The notes below the pieces were generated by a model, which was given only the letters and a program-made list of their open reading frames with translations, had not been told where the DNA came from and ran no database searches. This document shows, in pieces, positions 37,262 to 50,892 of a stretch of DNA of 64,000 nt (position 1 is its first letter; every line of letters starts with the position of its first letter). Source of the stretch: an uncultured Microbacterium sp. (GTDB lineage: Bacteria > Actinomycetota > Actinomycetes > Actinomycetales > Microbacteriaceae); assembly GCF_963521645.1 (NCBI RefSeq), contig NZ_CAUQVQ010000001.1, positions 32,405 through 96,404 on the forward strand. Direction: 5' to 3'. A program made the position numbers and the translations under genes.

Positions 37262-37779
37262 GATCCGATCACCCCCACCGTCACGAACGGCCAAGGCACG
37301 AGCAGGACGACTCCGACGAGCAGCAGAGCGATGCGGGTCCATCCCGCCCGCCCTCTGGTCAGCACCCACACGGCGAGGAACCACAGCGCGGGAGCAGCAA
37401 CGGCGAGGATGAACCACGGCACGTACATCGCGTCTGCGACGATCAGATTCGCGAGAGGCTTGAGCCGGAGCCCGCCGACGACCCATCCGATGCTGTACAG
37501 GAGGTACACGCCTCCGACGACTCCCAGCGTGAGGAGCAGTGCGGCGCCGAGCGGTGCGGCCTCTTCCCCGTCCGGCGCGTCGACGCCGTCGCCCGCCTCG
37601 ACGTGTCCCACTCCCTCGCTCCCCCGGCCGACGGCGTTCCAGCCGTCCGGGAGCGCTGCATCATGGGAGCGGACTCCGGAGCCGGGTGCCTCGTTCGCGG
37701 AGCCTTTCGGTGCGCGCAGCGTCGACTCTGCGCCGTCGTCTCCGTCCCATGACAGGGCCTCGTCGGAATCGGAAGTCAT
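37258..37779 (-). CDS. membrane protein with acidic N-terminal tail, unknown function
   Basis: 173 aa from ATG 37777-37779 (MTSDSDEALSWDGDDGAE...) followed by 3-4 TM helices. The remainder of track ORF 37258..39003 is antisense to a better gene. The start is uncertain because the SD spacing is short. Confidence 0.5.
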   Translation of the reverse strand: MTSDSDEALSWDGDDGAESTLRAPKGSANEAPGSGVRSHDAALPDGWNAVGRGSEGVGHVEAGDGVDAPDGEEAAPLGAALLLTLGVVGGVYLLYSIGWVVGGLRLKPLANLIVADAMYVPWFILAVAAPALWFLAVWVLTRGRAGWTRIALLLVGVVLLVPWPFVTVGVIGS

Positions 37780-37854
37780 GTCTCCAGCGTATGACACCGT
37801 GTCCACTATGCTCGGGGCATCTGGGCCAGCAGGCCCCCTCCGGAAGGACAGCCA

Positions 37855-38787
37855 GTGGCCGAGCAGAACAAGAAGGTCGACCAGAGCACACCGGGCGGAA
37901 GCGGGGAACCGGCCGCCGGATGGACGCCCACGCCCGCAGCGAGATCGAAGGCGACGAGCTTCCGGTGGATCGCCGTCGCACTGTGGGTGCTGGCGATCAC
38001 CGCCGAAGCGGTCTCGATCTTCTGGCTGCTCCGTCAACGCGTGTACGTCGGCGAAGACGGCACGCTCGTACGCGATCCCGACACGGGGCTCCTCGAGGAA
38101 CAGGGAGTCACGGCTCAGTTCCCGCAGTGGGCGTTCATCACGCTCCTCGTTCTGCTCGTCGTCATCGCGGCGTTCGCCATCACCGGGTCGATCCTGTGGA
38201 AGAAGGCGAACCGGCTCGATCCCGCACGCAGGTCGGAGACGCTCCGATTCTTCGTGCAGAACCAGCTCGGCGCGATCATCGCGATCGTCGCGTTCCTCCC
38301 CCTCATCATCCTGATCTTCCTGAATAAGGACATGGACAAGGGACAGAAGGCCACCGCCGGGATCGTCGGCATCGTGCTCGCGGTGGTCGCGACCGTGGTC
38401 GGCGTCGATTTCAGCCCGCCCTCCGTCGAGCAGTACACGGCAGATCAGTCGGCCGTGATCCAGCTGCTCGGCAAGGACGAGGTCGTGTGGGTCGACGGCG
38501 GGGCCGTCTACCATGTGTGCGACGAAGTCTCCGACATCCAGACCGGCAGCGAGAAGCGCACCGGTACGACAGCTGAAGCCGTCGAAGCCGGCAAGATCCG
38601 CCTCACCCTGAAGTTCGCCTCCGAGCTGCGCGCCTGCGGCCTCGCCGTGCCCGAGAACGCCGACGACATCGAGGCCGCGCTGCGTGAGATCCAGGGCGGA
38701 GCAGTCGACACGCTGCTCCCCGCGCCGGTGTGGGCCGACCCCGCCGACGCGCCGATCGAGGTCGAGGACGCGACCCCGTCCGAGTGA
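37855..38787 (+). CDS. membrane protein (4 TM) with C-terminal soluble domain, unknown function
   Basis: 310 aa with a lysine-containing, non-R-rich composition and high GC3. Four clear TM helices are followed by a soluble region of about 120 aa. Confidence 0.65.
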   Translation: MAEQNKKVDQSTPGGSGEPAAGWTPTPAARSKATSFRWIAVALWVLAITAEAVSIFWLLRQRVYVGEDGTLVRDPDTGLLEEQGVTAQFPQWAFITLLVLLVVIAAFAITGSILWKKANRLDPARRSETLRFFVQNQLGAIIAIVAFLPLIILIFLNKDMDKGQKATAGIVGIVLAVVATVVGVDFSPPSVEQYTADQSAVIQLLGKDEVVWVDGGAVYHVCDEVSDIQTGSEKRTGTTAEAVEAGKIRLTLKFASELRACGLAVPENADDIEAALREIQGGAVDTLLPAPVWADPADAPIEVEDATPSE

Positions 38788-38801
38788 CTCCCGCGCGTAC
38801 G

Positions 38802-38838
38802 ACGACGGGCCCGGTGCGATGTGCACCGGGCCCGTCGT
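38802..38838. terminator. bidirectional hairpin terminator (membrane protein / ilvC)
   Basis: ACGACGGGCCCGGTGC-GATGT-GCACCGGGCCCGTCGT, a perfect 16-bp stem between convergent genes. Confidence 0.6.
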
Positions 38839-38854
38839 GTCGAGCGTCGTCGGA

Positions 38855-42272
<3,418 letters not shown>

Positions 42273-42333
42273 GACACTCCTTCTGATGGTCTGTTGGCGA
42301 CGTCGGCGGCCCGGGGGCCGGAAGCGACGCGGA

Positions 42334-44052
42334 TCAGCCGGTCGTCGCGCCCTCGGCGGCGGACCGCACGAGACGCGAGTACTTGGCAAGAACGCCACGG
42401 GTATAGCGCGGGGGTAGCGGCTCCCAGCCAGAGCGGCGGGAGGCGAGCTCCGTCTCGTCGACGAGTAGGTCGAGAGAGCGAGCTGCGATATCGACCCGTA
42501 TCAGATCACCATCGCGCACGAAGGCGATGGGACCTGCGTCCACCGCTTCGGGTGCTATGTGGCCGATGCACAGGCCGGTTGTGCCGCCTGAGAATCGTCC
42601 GTCAGTCAAGAGTAGTACATCTTTTCCGAGCCCCGCGCCCTTGATGGCCGCGGTGATCGCGAGCATCTCTCGCATGCCCGGCCCACCCTTGGGGCCTTCG
42701 TAGCGGATCACGATGACGGTGTTCTTGTCGATCTCGCCGTTCGCGACGGCGTCCATCGCCGCACGCTCGCGCTCGAACACGCGCGCGGTGCCTTCGAACA
42801 CCGCGGCGTCGAAGCCCGCGGTCTTGACGACGGCTCCCTCCGGGGCGAGCGATCCGTGCAGGATCGTCAGGCCGCCGGTCGCGTGGATCGGGTTGTCGAA
42901 GGTGTGGATGACCTCGCCGTCGATCGGCATCGGGTCGAGGTCCGCGAGGTTCTCCGCGAGCGTCTTGCCGGTCACGGTCAGCGCGTCGCCGTGCAGCAGA
43001 CCCTCGTCGAGCATCGCTTTCATGATGACCGGGATGCCTCCGTGGCGGTCGACGTCGTTCATGACGTACTTCCCGAAGGGCTTCATGTCCGCCACGTGCG
43101 GCACCTTGTCGCCGATGCGGTTGAAGTCGTGGAGGCTCAGATCCACCTCGGCTTCGCGAGCGATCGCGAGGAGGTGCAGCACGACGTTGGTCGAGCCGCC
43201 GAGCGCCATCGCGAGGGCGATCGCGTTCTCGAACGCCTCCTTGGTGAGGATGTCGCGGGTCGTGATGCCCTGACGGAGCAGATTCACGACGGCCTCGCCC
43301 GAGCGGTGGGCGAAGTAGTCGCGACGACGATCGGCCGCGGGCGGAGCCGCGGAGCCGGGCAGGCTGAGACCGAGGGCCTCTGCCACGGACGCCATCGTGT
43401 TGGCGGTGTACATGCCACCGCAGGCGCCTTCGCCGGGAGCGATCGCGCATTCGATGCGCTTGAGGTCCTCCTCGCTCATGAGACCCGCGCGGCAGGCGCC
43501 GACGGCCTCGAACGAATCGATGATCGTGACGTCCTTCTCGGTGCCGTCCGACAGCTTCACCCATCCGGGTGCGATCGAGCCCGCGTAGAGGAACACGCTC
43601 GACAGGTCGAGACGCGCGCTGGCCATCAGCATGCCGGGGATCGACTTGTCGCATCCTGCGAGCAGCACCGAGCCGTCGAGACGCTCGGCCATCATGACCG
43701 TCTCGACCGAGTCGGCGATGACCTCTCGCGACACGAGCGAGAAGTGCATGCCCTCATGGCCCATCGAGATGCCGTCGGAGACGGAGATCGTGCCGAACTG
43801 CAGCGGGTAGCCTCCACCCGAGTGCACGCCCTCCTTCGCACCCTGGGCGAGCCGGTCGAGGCTCAGGTTGCACGGAGTGATCTCGTTCCAGCTCGACGCG
43901 ATGCCGATCTGCGGCTTGTCCCAGTCGGCGTCGCCCATGCCGACGGCACGGAGCATGCCTCGGGAGGTCGTCGCCTCGATGCCGTCGGTGACGACGCGGC
44001 TGCGGGGTTTGATGTCGATGGGCGCGCTGGTGGAGGGATCATGCGAGGACAT
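42334..44052 (-). CDS. ilvD: dihydroxy-acid dehydratase
   Basis: 572 aa with [37 protein letters not shown] and [11 protein letters not shown] motifs. Confidence 0.95.
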   Translation of the reverse strand: MSSHDPSTSAPIDIKPRSRVVTDGIEATTSRGMLRAVGMGDADWDKPQIGIASSWNEITPCNLSLDRLAQGAKEGVHSGGGYPLQFGTISVSDGISMGHEGMHFSLVSREVIADSVETVMMAERLDGSVLLAGCDKSIPGMLMASARLDLSSVFLYAGSIAPGWVKLSDGTEKDVTIIDSFEAVGACRAGLMSEEDLKRIECAIAPGEGACGGMYTANTMASVAEALGLSLPGSAAPPAADRRRDYFAHRSGEAVVNLLRQGITTRDILTKEAFENAIALAMALGGSTNVVLHLLAIAREAEVDLSLHDFNRIGDKVPHVADMKPFGKYVMNDVDRHGGIPVIMKAMLDEGLLHGDALTVTGKTLAENLADLDPMPIDGEVIHTFDNPIHATGGLTILHGSLAPEGAVVKTAGFDAAVFEGTARVFERERAAMDAVANGEIDKNTVIVIRYEGPKGGPGMREMLAITAAIKGAGLGKDVLLLTDGRFSGGTTGLCIGHIAPEAVDAGPIAFVRDGDLIRVDIAARSLDLLVDETELASRRSGWEPLPPRYTRGVLAKYSRLVRSAAEGATTG

Positions 44053-44061
44053 GACGGAAGT

Positions 44062-44859
44062 CTATTCCCGCCGGGAGGTGCGCTCGTCCGCCAGCGCCTC
44101 CAGAAGCAGCGCGATCTCTTGTGGATTCTCCACACGAAGCTCGGCTGCGGTCTCCCCCGGTCCCACGCGCACGCCCAGATCGTCGCCCGTCAGCACGCGC
44201 ATCGCGTCTTCGTCGGTGACGTCATCGCCCGCGAAGAGGATGGCGGTCGCATCGAAGTGCTCGCGCAGAGCAGTCATCGCGGCGTCCTTGCCCTCGCTCC
44301 GAGACGAGAACTCCAGCACGCGGTGCCCCGAACGCCGCCGCCAGTGCGGGAACCGCGCCGCGACGAGCGCGTCGATCTCGCCGAACACCGCGGTCTCCAC
44401 CTCCGGGGTGGCCGTGCGGGTGTGCACTCCCATCCCGAACGTCTTGGGCTCGAGTTCGGCGCCCTCGTAGCGATCGATGATCGGGCGCGCGGCCTCCCAC
44501 AGCTCTTCGCGGGATCCTTCCGCGGTCCCCGCCTCGTCCGTCACGGCGTCGCCGACCCCGGGGTACCAGTACTGGGCGCCGTGCGAGCCGGCCAGAGCGA
44601 TCAGCGAGTCGTCGGTGTGCTCGGTGATGACCCTCAGATCGTGCATGCTGCGGCCGGACACGTACGCCATGACCGTGTCCGGGATCGACGCCAGGCGCGC
44701 GACCTGCACGGCGACCTCGGGAAGCGCACGCGCGGCCATCGGGTCGGGCACGAGAGGCGACGCCGTGCCGTCGAAGTCCAGCGCGATGACGAGTCTTGGG
44801 GTGGCGGCGATGCGGCTCAGCGCCGGGTCTGCGGATCCGGGGGTCCAGCTGCGGGTCAC
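44062..44859 (-). CDS. otsB: trehalose-6-phosphate phosphatase
   Basis: HAD phosphatase with LVIALDFDGTASP. I prefer GTG 44857-44859 (SD GGAGA, 5-nt spacer). The track start 44934 would overlap otsA by 29 nt. Confidence 0.82.
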   Translation of the reverse strand: MTRSWTPGSADPALSRIAATPRLVIALDFDGTASPLVPDPMAARALPEVAVQVARLASIPDTVMAYVSGRSMHDLRVITEHTDDSLIALAGSHGAQYWYPGVGDAVTDEAGTAEGSREELWEAARPIIDRYEGAELEPKTFGMGVHTRTATPEVETAVFGEIDALVAARFPHWRRRSGHRVLEFSSRSEGKDAAMTALREHFDATAILFAGDDVTDEDAMRVLTGDDLGVRVGPGETAAELRVENPQEIALLLEALADERTSRRE

Positions 44860-44905
44860 GAAGGTCTCCAATCGAGGCGGCGTCCTCCCAGTATGACCCG
44901 GCCGA

Positions 44906-46315
44906 TCAGCGTCCGCGGACCTCCGCGAGCGCACGCAGGAACGACGACGACCACGCGTTCACGTCGTTCTCGAGCACGCGGCGCCGCAGCGAACGCATGC
45001 GCTTGCCCTGCTCGGCGGGCGTCATCGTCACAGCCGTCATGATCGCGTCCTTCAACCCGGCGATGTCGTGCGGGTTGACCCGCACCGCCTGCCGCAGCTC
45101 GTCCGCGGCACCCGTGAACTCGCTCAGCACGAGGACACCGCGATTGTCTGCGCGGGTCGCGACATACTCCTTCGCGACGAGGTTCATGCCATCGCGGAGC
45201 GCCGTCACGAGCATCACATCGGCCGCGAGGTAGAGCGCGACCATCTCCTCGCGCGGATACCCCTGATGCAGATAGCGGATCGCCGTGTGACCCATGGTGT
45301 CGTGATCGCCGTTGATGCGTCCGACCGCGAGCTCGATCTCGTCGCGCAGGTGCACGTACGCATCGACCCGCTCTCGACTCGGGCTCGCCACCTGCACGAA
45401 CGTGACGTCGTCGACGCTCAGGAGACCGTCTTCGAGGAGCTCGCCATACGCCTTGATCCGGTGACGGATCCCCTTCGTGTAGTCGAGCCGGTCGACTCCG
45501 AGGAGGATCTTCTTGGGATTGCCGAGGCTCTCCCTGATCTCGGCGGCACGTGCCCGCACGTCGGGCCGAGCCGCGAGCTCGAGGTACGGCGTGGTGTCGA
45601 TCGAGATCGGGAACGCTCTCGCGACCGCGGTGCGCGAGCCTCCGTCGGCCGTCGGGATCGTGACAGCCGATCCTCTGACCTCGTGCCGCAGTCGCCGGCG
45701 GACGGCGGTCAGGAAGTAGGTGGCGTCCTGCGCACGCTGGAATCCGATCACATCGGCCCCGAGGAGCCCCGTGAGCACCTGATCGCGCCAGGGCAGCTGG
45801 GCGTAGAGCCCGTGGGCCGGGAACGGGATGTGGTGGAAGTAGCCGATCGTGACGTCCGGGCGGAGCTCGCGGATCATCTGCGGCACCAGCTGCAGCTGGT
45901 AATCGTGCACCCAGACCGTGCCGTCCTGTGCAGCCACGTCGGCAGCGGCCTGCGCGAACCTGCGGTTGACCCGGACATACGCGTCCCACCACTCACGGTG
46001 ATACTGCGGCGGCGCGATGACGTCGTGGTACAGCGGCCAGATCGTGTCGTTCGCGAAACCCTCGTAGTAGTCGGCGACCTCATCGGTGCTGAGGGGCACC
46101 GGCACCAGGTCGATCCCGTTGATCTCGAACGGCTCCAGCTCGACGTCCGGCTGGCCCGGCCATCCGACCCATGCGCCGTGGGCGCTGCGCATCATCGGCT
46201 CGAGGGCCGCCACGAGACCGCCCGGAGATGTCCGCCACTCGTCCTCGCCGTCGGGACCCACCACCCGGTCGACCGGGAGGCGGTTGGCGACGACGACGAA
46301 ATCTGCGGCTGGCAT
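44906..46315 (-). CDS. otsA: alpha,alpha-trehalose-phosphate synthase (GT20)
   Basis: 469 aa from ATG 46313-46315 (SD AAGGAG). It begins MPAADFVVVANRLPVDRV, with WVHDYQLQLVP and LVLSEFTGAA blocks. Confidence 0.93.
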   Translation of the reverse strand: MPAADFVVVANRLPVDRVVGPDGEDEWRTSPGGLVAALEPMMRSAHGAWVGWPGQPDVELEPFEINGIDLVPVPLSTDEVADYYEGFANDTIWPLYHDVIAPPQYHREWWDAYVRVNRRFAQAAADVAAQDGTVWVHDYQLQLVPQMIRELRPDVTIGYFHHIPFPAHGLYAQLPWRDQVLTGLLGADVIGFQRAQDATYFLTAVRRRLRHEVRGSAVTIPTADGGSRTAVARAFPISIDTTPYLELAARPDVRARAAEIRESLGNPKKILLGVDRLDYTKGIRHRIKAYGELLEDGLLSVDDVTFVQVASPSRERVDAYVHLRDEIELAVGRINGDHDTMGHTAIRYLHQGYPREEMVALYLAADVMLVTALRDGMNLVAKEYVATRADNRGVLVLSEFTGAADELRQAVRVNPHDIAGLKDAIMTAVTMTPAEQGKRMRSLRRRVLENDVNAWSSSFLRALAEVRGR

Positions 46316-46347
46316 GGAGCTCCTTGGCACTGCGAAGGCGATGGACC

Positions 46348-47634
46348 TCAGACTGCTGGGGTCTGTTCCGAGAGTACGCGAGACGCGGTCGCACTCAATC
46401 GCCAGTTGACAAGGCCCGCCGCGAAGGCTATCCCTGCGGCGATGATCGGAAGAAGCAGCGCGGCGCCGGTGCCCGCGTTCTCCGCGAGCTCTCCCGCCAC
46501 CGCAGCGCCGAGCGACTGTCCGACCACGATGCCCGAACCGAGCATCGTCATGACCGTCGCAGAGCGTCCGAGCGGGCTTCGGGCCGCGCCGAAGCTGTAT
46601 TGAGTCACGAGCGTCGGTCCGATGCCGACCCCCATGATCGCCAGCGCGAGCATCATCATCGCTGGCGTGTCGACGAACAGCAGGAGCGTGCTCCCGGCGA
46701 GCAGGATGCCGGCGAAGACCAGCCACCGCGCTCGGAGCGTGAACGCCGCCGGAAGCCAGGCGACTCCGAGAGCCAGGATCGCGGATCCCACGCCCATGAC
46801 GCCGTAGAGCAGACCGGCCTGCTCAGGAGCGCCGCGGTCGGCCATGAACGAGGTGAGCGAGGTGAGCATGGTGCCGAAGAACATGCCGACGCCGAGGATC
46901 CCGAGGACGATGACGAGCAGTCGCGGTCGGAAAAGCTCGGACGCCGCCGACGGCGCGCGCCCGTCACTGTCCCGGTGCACCGACACGGCCCGTGCGCTGG
47001 GGTGCAGCGCGAACGCACCGACGAACACGACGGTGAGCACGGCCGCACCGACGAGCGGTGCCCACGGCGAAAATGCCGAGGCGAGGATGCCGACGATGAA
47101 CGGCCCGAAGACGAACACGGTCTCGTCCGCCGCCGACTCGTAGGCCATGGTCCCGGAGGTCGTCCGCGCCCGAACCGCCTCGGGCATCCGGTCGGCGATC
47201 AGTGTGACGAGTCGGGATCGCGACAGGGGCGCCACCTGCGGAGCCGTGGCGCCGATGCCGATCGCGGCGATCAGCACCAGCGCATCGGCCGCATCGGCGT
47301 ACACGACGACGGTGAAGAGCAGCAGCATCGCTCCGTTCGCGATCGCCAGTATCAGGAGCACGGTGCGCTGACCGAAACGATCGGCCGCCGCCCCCAGCAG
47401 CGGGCCGAAACAGGCTGTGCCCAGCCCGACCGCCGCCGACGTGAGGCCGCCGAGTGAGAGCGAGCCGCGCGCCGAGACGACGACGGTCAGCACACCCACC
47501 ACCATCATGGCGAAGGGCAGTCTCGCGATGAACGCGATCACGAAATACGGGAGCCCCGCCGTGCGGAGCAGGCTCGGAGTGGGCGACGTCTGCGACGAGG
47601 TCGCGGTGGGCGCCGAAGAAGATACGTGTGTCAT
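46348..47634 (-). CDS. MFS transporter
   Basis: 428 aa from ATG 47632-47634 with about 12 TM helices. Substrate unknown. Confidence 0.8.
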   Translation of the reverse strand: MTHVSSSAPTATSSQTSPTPSLLRTAGLPYFVIAFIARLPFAMMVVGVLTVVVSARGSLSLGGLTSAAVGLGTACFGPLLGAAADRFGQRTVLLILAIANGAMLLLFTVVVYADAADALVLIAAIGIGATAPQVAPLSRSRLVTLIADRMPEAVRARTTSGTMAYESAADETVFVFGPFIVGILASAFSPWAPLVGAAVLTVVFVGAFALHPSARAVSVHRDSDGRAPSAASELFRPRLLVIVLGILGVGMFFGTMLTSLTSFMADRGAPEQAGLLYGVMGVGSAILALGVAWLPAAFTLRARWLVFAGILLAGSTLLLFVDTPAMMMLALAIMGVGIGPTLVTQYSFGAARSPLGRSATVMTMLGSGIVVGQSLGAAVAGELAENAGTGAALLLPIIAAGIAFAAGLVNWRLSATASRVLSEQTPAV

Positions 47635-47854
47635 GGCTCTCGCGCGCCCGAGGACGCGGGGTCGGGTGCCGCCGCTGTCCGCCGGAGGACCGGCGGCCGG
47701 TAGATACACGGGGTGCGGACGCGGCCGAACCGCGACTCCCCCACCCTATCGCAGGCTCCTGCGAATGGGCCGGGCATCGGATCGGTGCGTGCCAGACTCC
47801 TCCGTTGCTGTCAAGGCACGGCACGGCCGCCGCCGGTGAGGGTAGCGTGAGGGC

Positions 47855-48133
47855 ATGAACTACCTCTCGGGTACCGGACTCATCGGCGCGATCATGACCG
47901 GGGCCACCCTGCTCCGCGGCTCCCGTGACACCAAGATCACGTGGCGCTCGGCGCTCGCGTGGGTGAGCTGGGCCATCAGCCTCGCACTCGCGATCGGCGC
48001 GGTGATCGACACGCGTCGTGCCAGGAAGGGACTCCCGGTGTCACCTGATTCGCCCGTGTACGCGAAGCAGCAGAAGGAGTTCCACAAGAAGGCGAAGAAG
48101 AACCCGCGGGACGTCGACCTCTCGAAGCGCTGA
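47855..48133 (+). CDS. small two-TM membrane protein with lysine-rich tail, unknown function
   Basis: 92 aa with high GC3 and a protein-like composition (K-rich C-terminus, not R-rich). GAGGG motifs lie upstream. Confidence 0.55.
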   Translation: MNYLSGTGLIGAIMTGATLLRGSRDTKITWRSALAWVSWAISLALAIGAVIDTRRARKGLPVSPDSPVYAKQQKEFHKKAKKNPRDVDLSKR

Positions 48134-48145
48134 TGCGGACGCGGC

Positions 48146-49348
48146 TCACCGTGTGAGGATCAGCGCCTCGCCCTGACCTCCACCTCCGCAGAGCCCCACG
48201 GCTGCAGTGCCTGATCCTCGACGCGCCAGTTCGTGTGCCATGTGCACCACCAGGCGCGTCCCCGATGCTCCGATCGGGTGACCTATCGCGATCCCGCCGC
48301 CGTGGATGTTGACGATATCGCCGGATAGGCCGAGTTCGACCTGCGACCGCGCCACGACCGCTCCGAATGCCTCGTTGATCTCGACCAGATCGAGGTCGGC
48401 CGGCAGGATGCCCTGCTTGGCACACGCGCGCTCGATGGCGCGGGCCGGCTGAGCCTGCAGCGAGTTGTCGGGTCCGGCCGTCTGACCGCTCGCCCCTACG
48501 GTGACCAGGACGCTCCACCCGGCGGACGCCGCCCTGCCGCGCGTCGTCACGACGACGGCCGACGCTCCGTCGGAGATCTGCGACGAGTTGCCCGCGGTGA
48601 TCGATCCGCCTTCCGCGAAGGCGGCACGCAGGCCGCTCAGCGACTCGATCGTGGTGTCGGGACGGATGCCTTCGTCCGCCGACACGACGAGGGGTTCTCC
48701 GCGACGCTGCGCGACGGACACGGGAACGATCTCGTCGTCGAACACGCCTCGCGCCTGCGCATCGGCGGCGCGCTGGTGGGACAGCGCCGCGACCTCGTCC
48801 TGCGCGGCACGGGTCACCGCGTAACGGGCGTTGTGGCGCTCCGTCGACGCCCCCATGCTCTCGCGGTCGTAGGCGTCGGTCAGCCCGTCGTAGGCCATGT
48901 GATCGAGCACCTCGACGCTGCCGTAGGTCCACCCCTCGCGCGACCCCATGAGGAGATGCGGTGCGCGGGTCATCGACTCCATCCCGCCCGCCACCACGAC
49001 CTCCGCGTCGCCCGTGCGGATCATGCGGGCCGCGTCGATCACGGCGGTGAGGCCCGAGAGGCACACCTTGTTGATCGAGTGCGCCGGCACACTCCATCCG
49101 ATGCCCGCCCCGATGGCGGCCTGGCGCGCCGCATTCTGACCGGATCCGGCCGCGAGCACCTGACCCATGATGACGGCGTCGACCTCGGTCGCGTCAACGT
49201 GCCCCTGCTCGAGCGCCCCGCGGATCGCGAAGGATCCCAGTTGCGGTGCGGTGAAGCCGGACAGCTGCCCCTTGAGTCGGCCCTGTGGGGTGCGCGCTGC
49301 CGCGACGATGACGATGTCGTCGGCATCCGAAAGCGTGGTGTCGGTCAT
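48146..49348 (-). CDS. acetyl-CoA C-acyltransferase (thiolase; PcaF/AtoB-like)
   Basis: 400 aa from ATG 49346-49348 (SD GGAAGGA). It has INKVCLSGL (active Cys), NIHGGGIAIGHPIGASG and GLCGGGGQG motifs. Confidence 0.93.
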   Translation of the reverse strand: MTDTTLSDADDIVIVAAARTPQGRLKGQLSGFTAPQLGSFAIRGALEQGHVDATEVDAVIMGQVLAAGSGQNAARQAAIGAGIGWSVPAHSINKVCLSGLTAVIDAARMIRTGDAEVVVAGGMESMTRAPHLLMGSREGWTYGSVEVLDHMAYDGLTDAYDRESMGASTERHNARYAVTRAAQDEVAALSHQRAADAQARGVFDDEIVPVSVAQRRGEPLVVSADEGIRPDTTIESLSGLRAAFAEGGSITAGNSSQISDGASAVVVTTRGRAASAGWSVLVTVGASGQTAGPDNSLQAQPARAIERACAKQGILPADLDLVEINEAFGAVVARSQVELGLSGDIVNIHGGGIAIGHPIGASGTRLVVHMAHELARRGSGTAAVGLCGGGGQGEALILTR

Positions 49349-49367
49349 CAGGGGATCCTTCCGTCGT

Positions 49368-50012
49368 TCATTCATCAGTGCTCGGGACGGTCAAGACCGT
49401 CCCCGTCGCGGCTACCACTTCTTCCACCGAGACCCCGGGAGCGGTCTCGACGAGCACCAGCCCCGCATCCGTGACGTCGATCACCGCGAGGTCGGTGATG
49501 ATGCGATCGACGACCCTCCGGCCGGTGAGCGGAAGCGAGCATTCATCCACGATCTTCGCGGAGCCGTCCTTCGCGACGTGTTCCATCAGGACGATGACGC
49601 GTCGTGCTCCGTGCACGAGGTCCATGGCCCCTCCCGGCCCCTTGACCATCTTGCCCGGGATCATCCAGTTGGCGAGGTCGCCCTGCGCCGACACCTGCAT
49701 CGCTCCCAGGATCGCGGCATCGATCTTCCCCGCGCGGATCATGCCGAAGCTCAGCGCCGAATCGAAGAACGCCGCACCCGGCAGCACCGTGACTGTCTCC
49801 TTGCCGGCGTTGATGAGGTCGGGGTCCACATCCGACTCCCGGGGGTAAGGACCCACGCCCAGGATCCCGTTCTCGGACTGCAGCACCACGGTCACCGACG
49901 CGGGCACATGATTCGGCACGAGCGTCGGCAGCCCGATCCCGAGATTCACATACGAGCCGTCCTGCAGTTCTGCGGCTGCTCGGGCCGCCATCTCGTCGCG
50001 TGTGAGCGCCAT
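49368..50012 (-). CDS. 3-oxoacid CoA-transferase subunit B
   Basis: 214 aa beginning [30 protein letters not shown], with the SENG active-site block (LQSENGILG). Confidence 0.93.
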   Translation of the reverse strand: MALTRDEMAARAAAELQDGSYVNLGIGLPTLVPNHVPASVTVVLQSENGILGVGPYPRESDVDPDLINAGKETVTVLPGAAFFDSALSFGMIRAGKIDAAILGAMQVSAQGDLANWMIPGKMVKGPGGAMDLVHGARRVIVLMEHVAKDGSAKIVDECSLPLTGRRVVDRIITDLAVIDVTDAGLVLVETAPGVSVEEVVAATGTVLTVPSTDE

Positions 50013-50013
50013 C

Positions 50014-50787
50014 TCAGGCCCCTTCCACGGCGACCGTGCGCCGCTCGATGCGTTTGGTGATGTCGGAGCCGACCTCGATGATGCGGTGCACGTACACACC
50101 CGGCAGGTGGATGCGGTCGGGATCGAGCTCGCCCGGGTCGACGAGATGTTCCACCTGCGCGATGCACACGCGGCCCGCCATGGCTGCCAGCGGGTTGAAG
50201 TTGCGCGCCGCCTTGTTGAAGATCAGGTTGCCGTGTCGGTCGCCCGCGAGGGCATGGACCAGGGCGAAGTCGGTGGTGATCGCCTCCTCGAGCACGAACT
50301 CGTGCGGAGTCCCGTCGATGTCGAACGAGCGCACTTCCTTCTCGGGCGACGCGAGCGCGATCGTGCCGTCCGAGTGGTAGCGGCGCGGAAGCCCGCCCTC
50401 TGCGACCTGCGTGCCCACACCGGTCTGTGTGAAGAACGCGGCGATGCCCGATCCCCCTGCCCGGAGCTTTTCGGCCAGGGTTCCTTGAGGGGTGAGTTCG
50501 AGTTCGAGCTCACCCGACAGGAACCGACGCTCGAACTCCTTGTTCTCCCCCACGTACGACGACGTCATCTTGCGGATCCGTCCCGCACCGAGGAGGACTC
50601 CCAGACCCCAGTCGTCGACGCCGCAGTTGTTGCTCACGACGCTGAGGTCGGTCGTCCCTTGTGCCAGGATCGCCTCGATCAGCGCTATCGGGTTGCCGGA
50701 GAGTCCGAATCCCCCCACCGCGAGCGATGCTCCGTCTTGGATGTCCGCCACGGCTTCCGCGGCGGATGCTCTCTGCTTGTCGATCAC
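50014..50787 (-). CDS. 3-oxoacid CoA-transferase subunit A
   Basis: 257 aa from GTG 50785-50787 (SD GAAGGAG). It begins [33 protein letters not shown]. Its stop is 1 nt before the subunit B start. Confidence 0.93.
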   Translation of the reverse strand: MIDKQRASAAEAVADIQDGASLAVGGFGLSGNPIALIEAILAQGTTDLSVVSNNCGVDDWGLGVLLGAGRIRKMTSSYVGENKEFERRFLSGELELELTPQGTLAEKLRAGGSGIAAFFTQTGVGTQVAEGGLPRRYHSDGTIALASPEKEVRSFDIDGTPHEFVLEEAITTDFALVHALAGDRHGNLIFNKAARNFNPLAAMAGRVCIAQVEHLVDPGELDPDRIHLPGVYVHRIIEVGSDITKRIERRTVAVEGA

Positions 50788-50892
50788 GCATGCTCCTTCG
50801 AAAACGTGCCTGGGTACAGGATCGCCCCTGCGGAGCGCCCGGCGCGAGCCCACTCTTGCGATGTGGACCGATCCGGCATTAGCGTCCACATC

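Noticed and set aside
42273-42333. Leader-peptide attenuator upstream of ilvB.
   Set aside because: The spacer is only 61 nt. It has no Ile/Val/Leu-rich mini-ORF and no terminator or antiterminator hairpins, and it contains just the GAAGGAG SD.
42856-45042. 728-aa plus-strand ORF.
   Set aside because: It is antisense to ilvD, otsB and the end of otsA and spans two gene junctions. Its composition is R/G/A/D-rich with no recognisable motif. This is a high-GC artefact.
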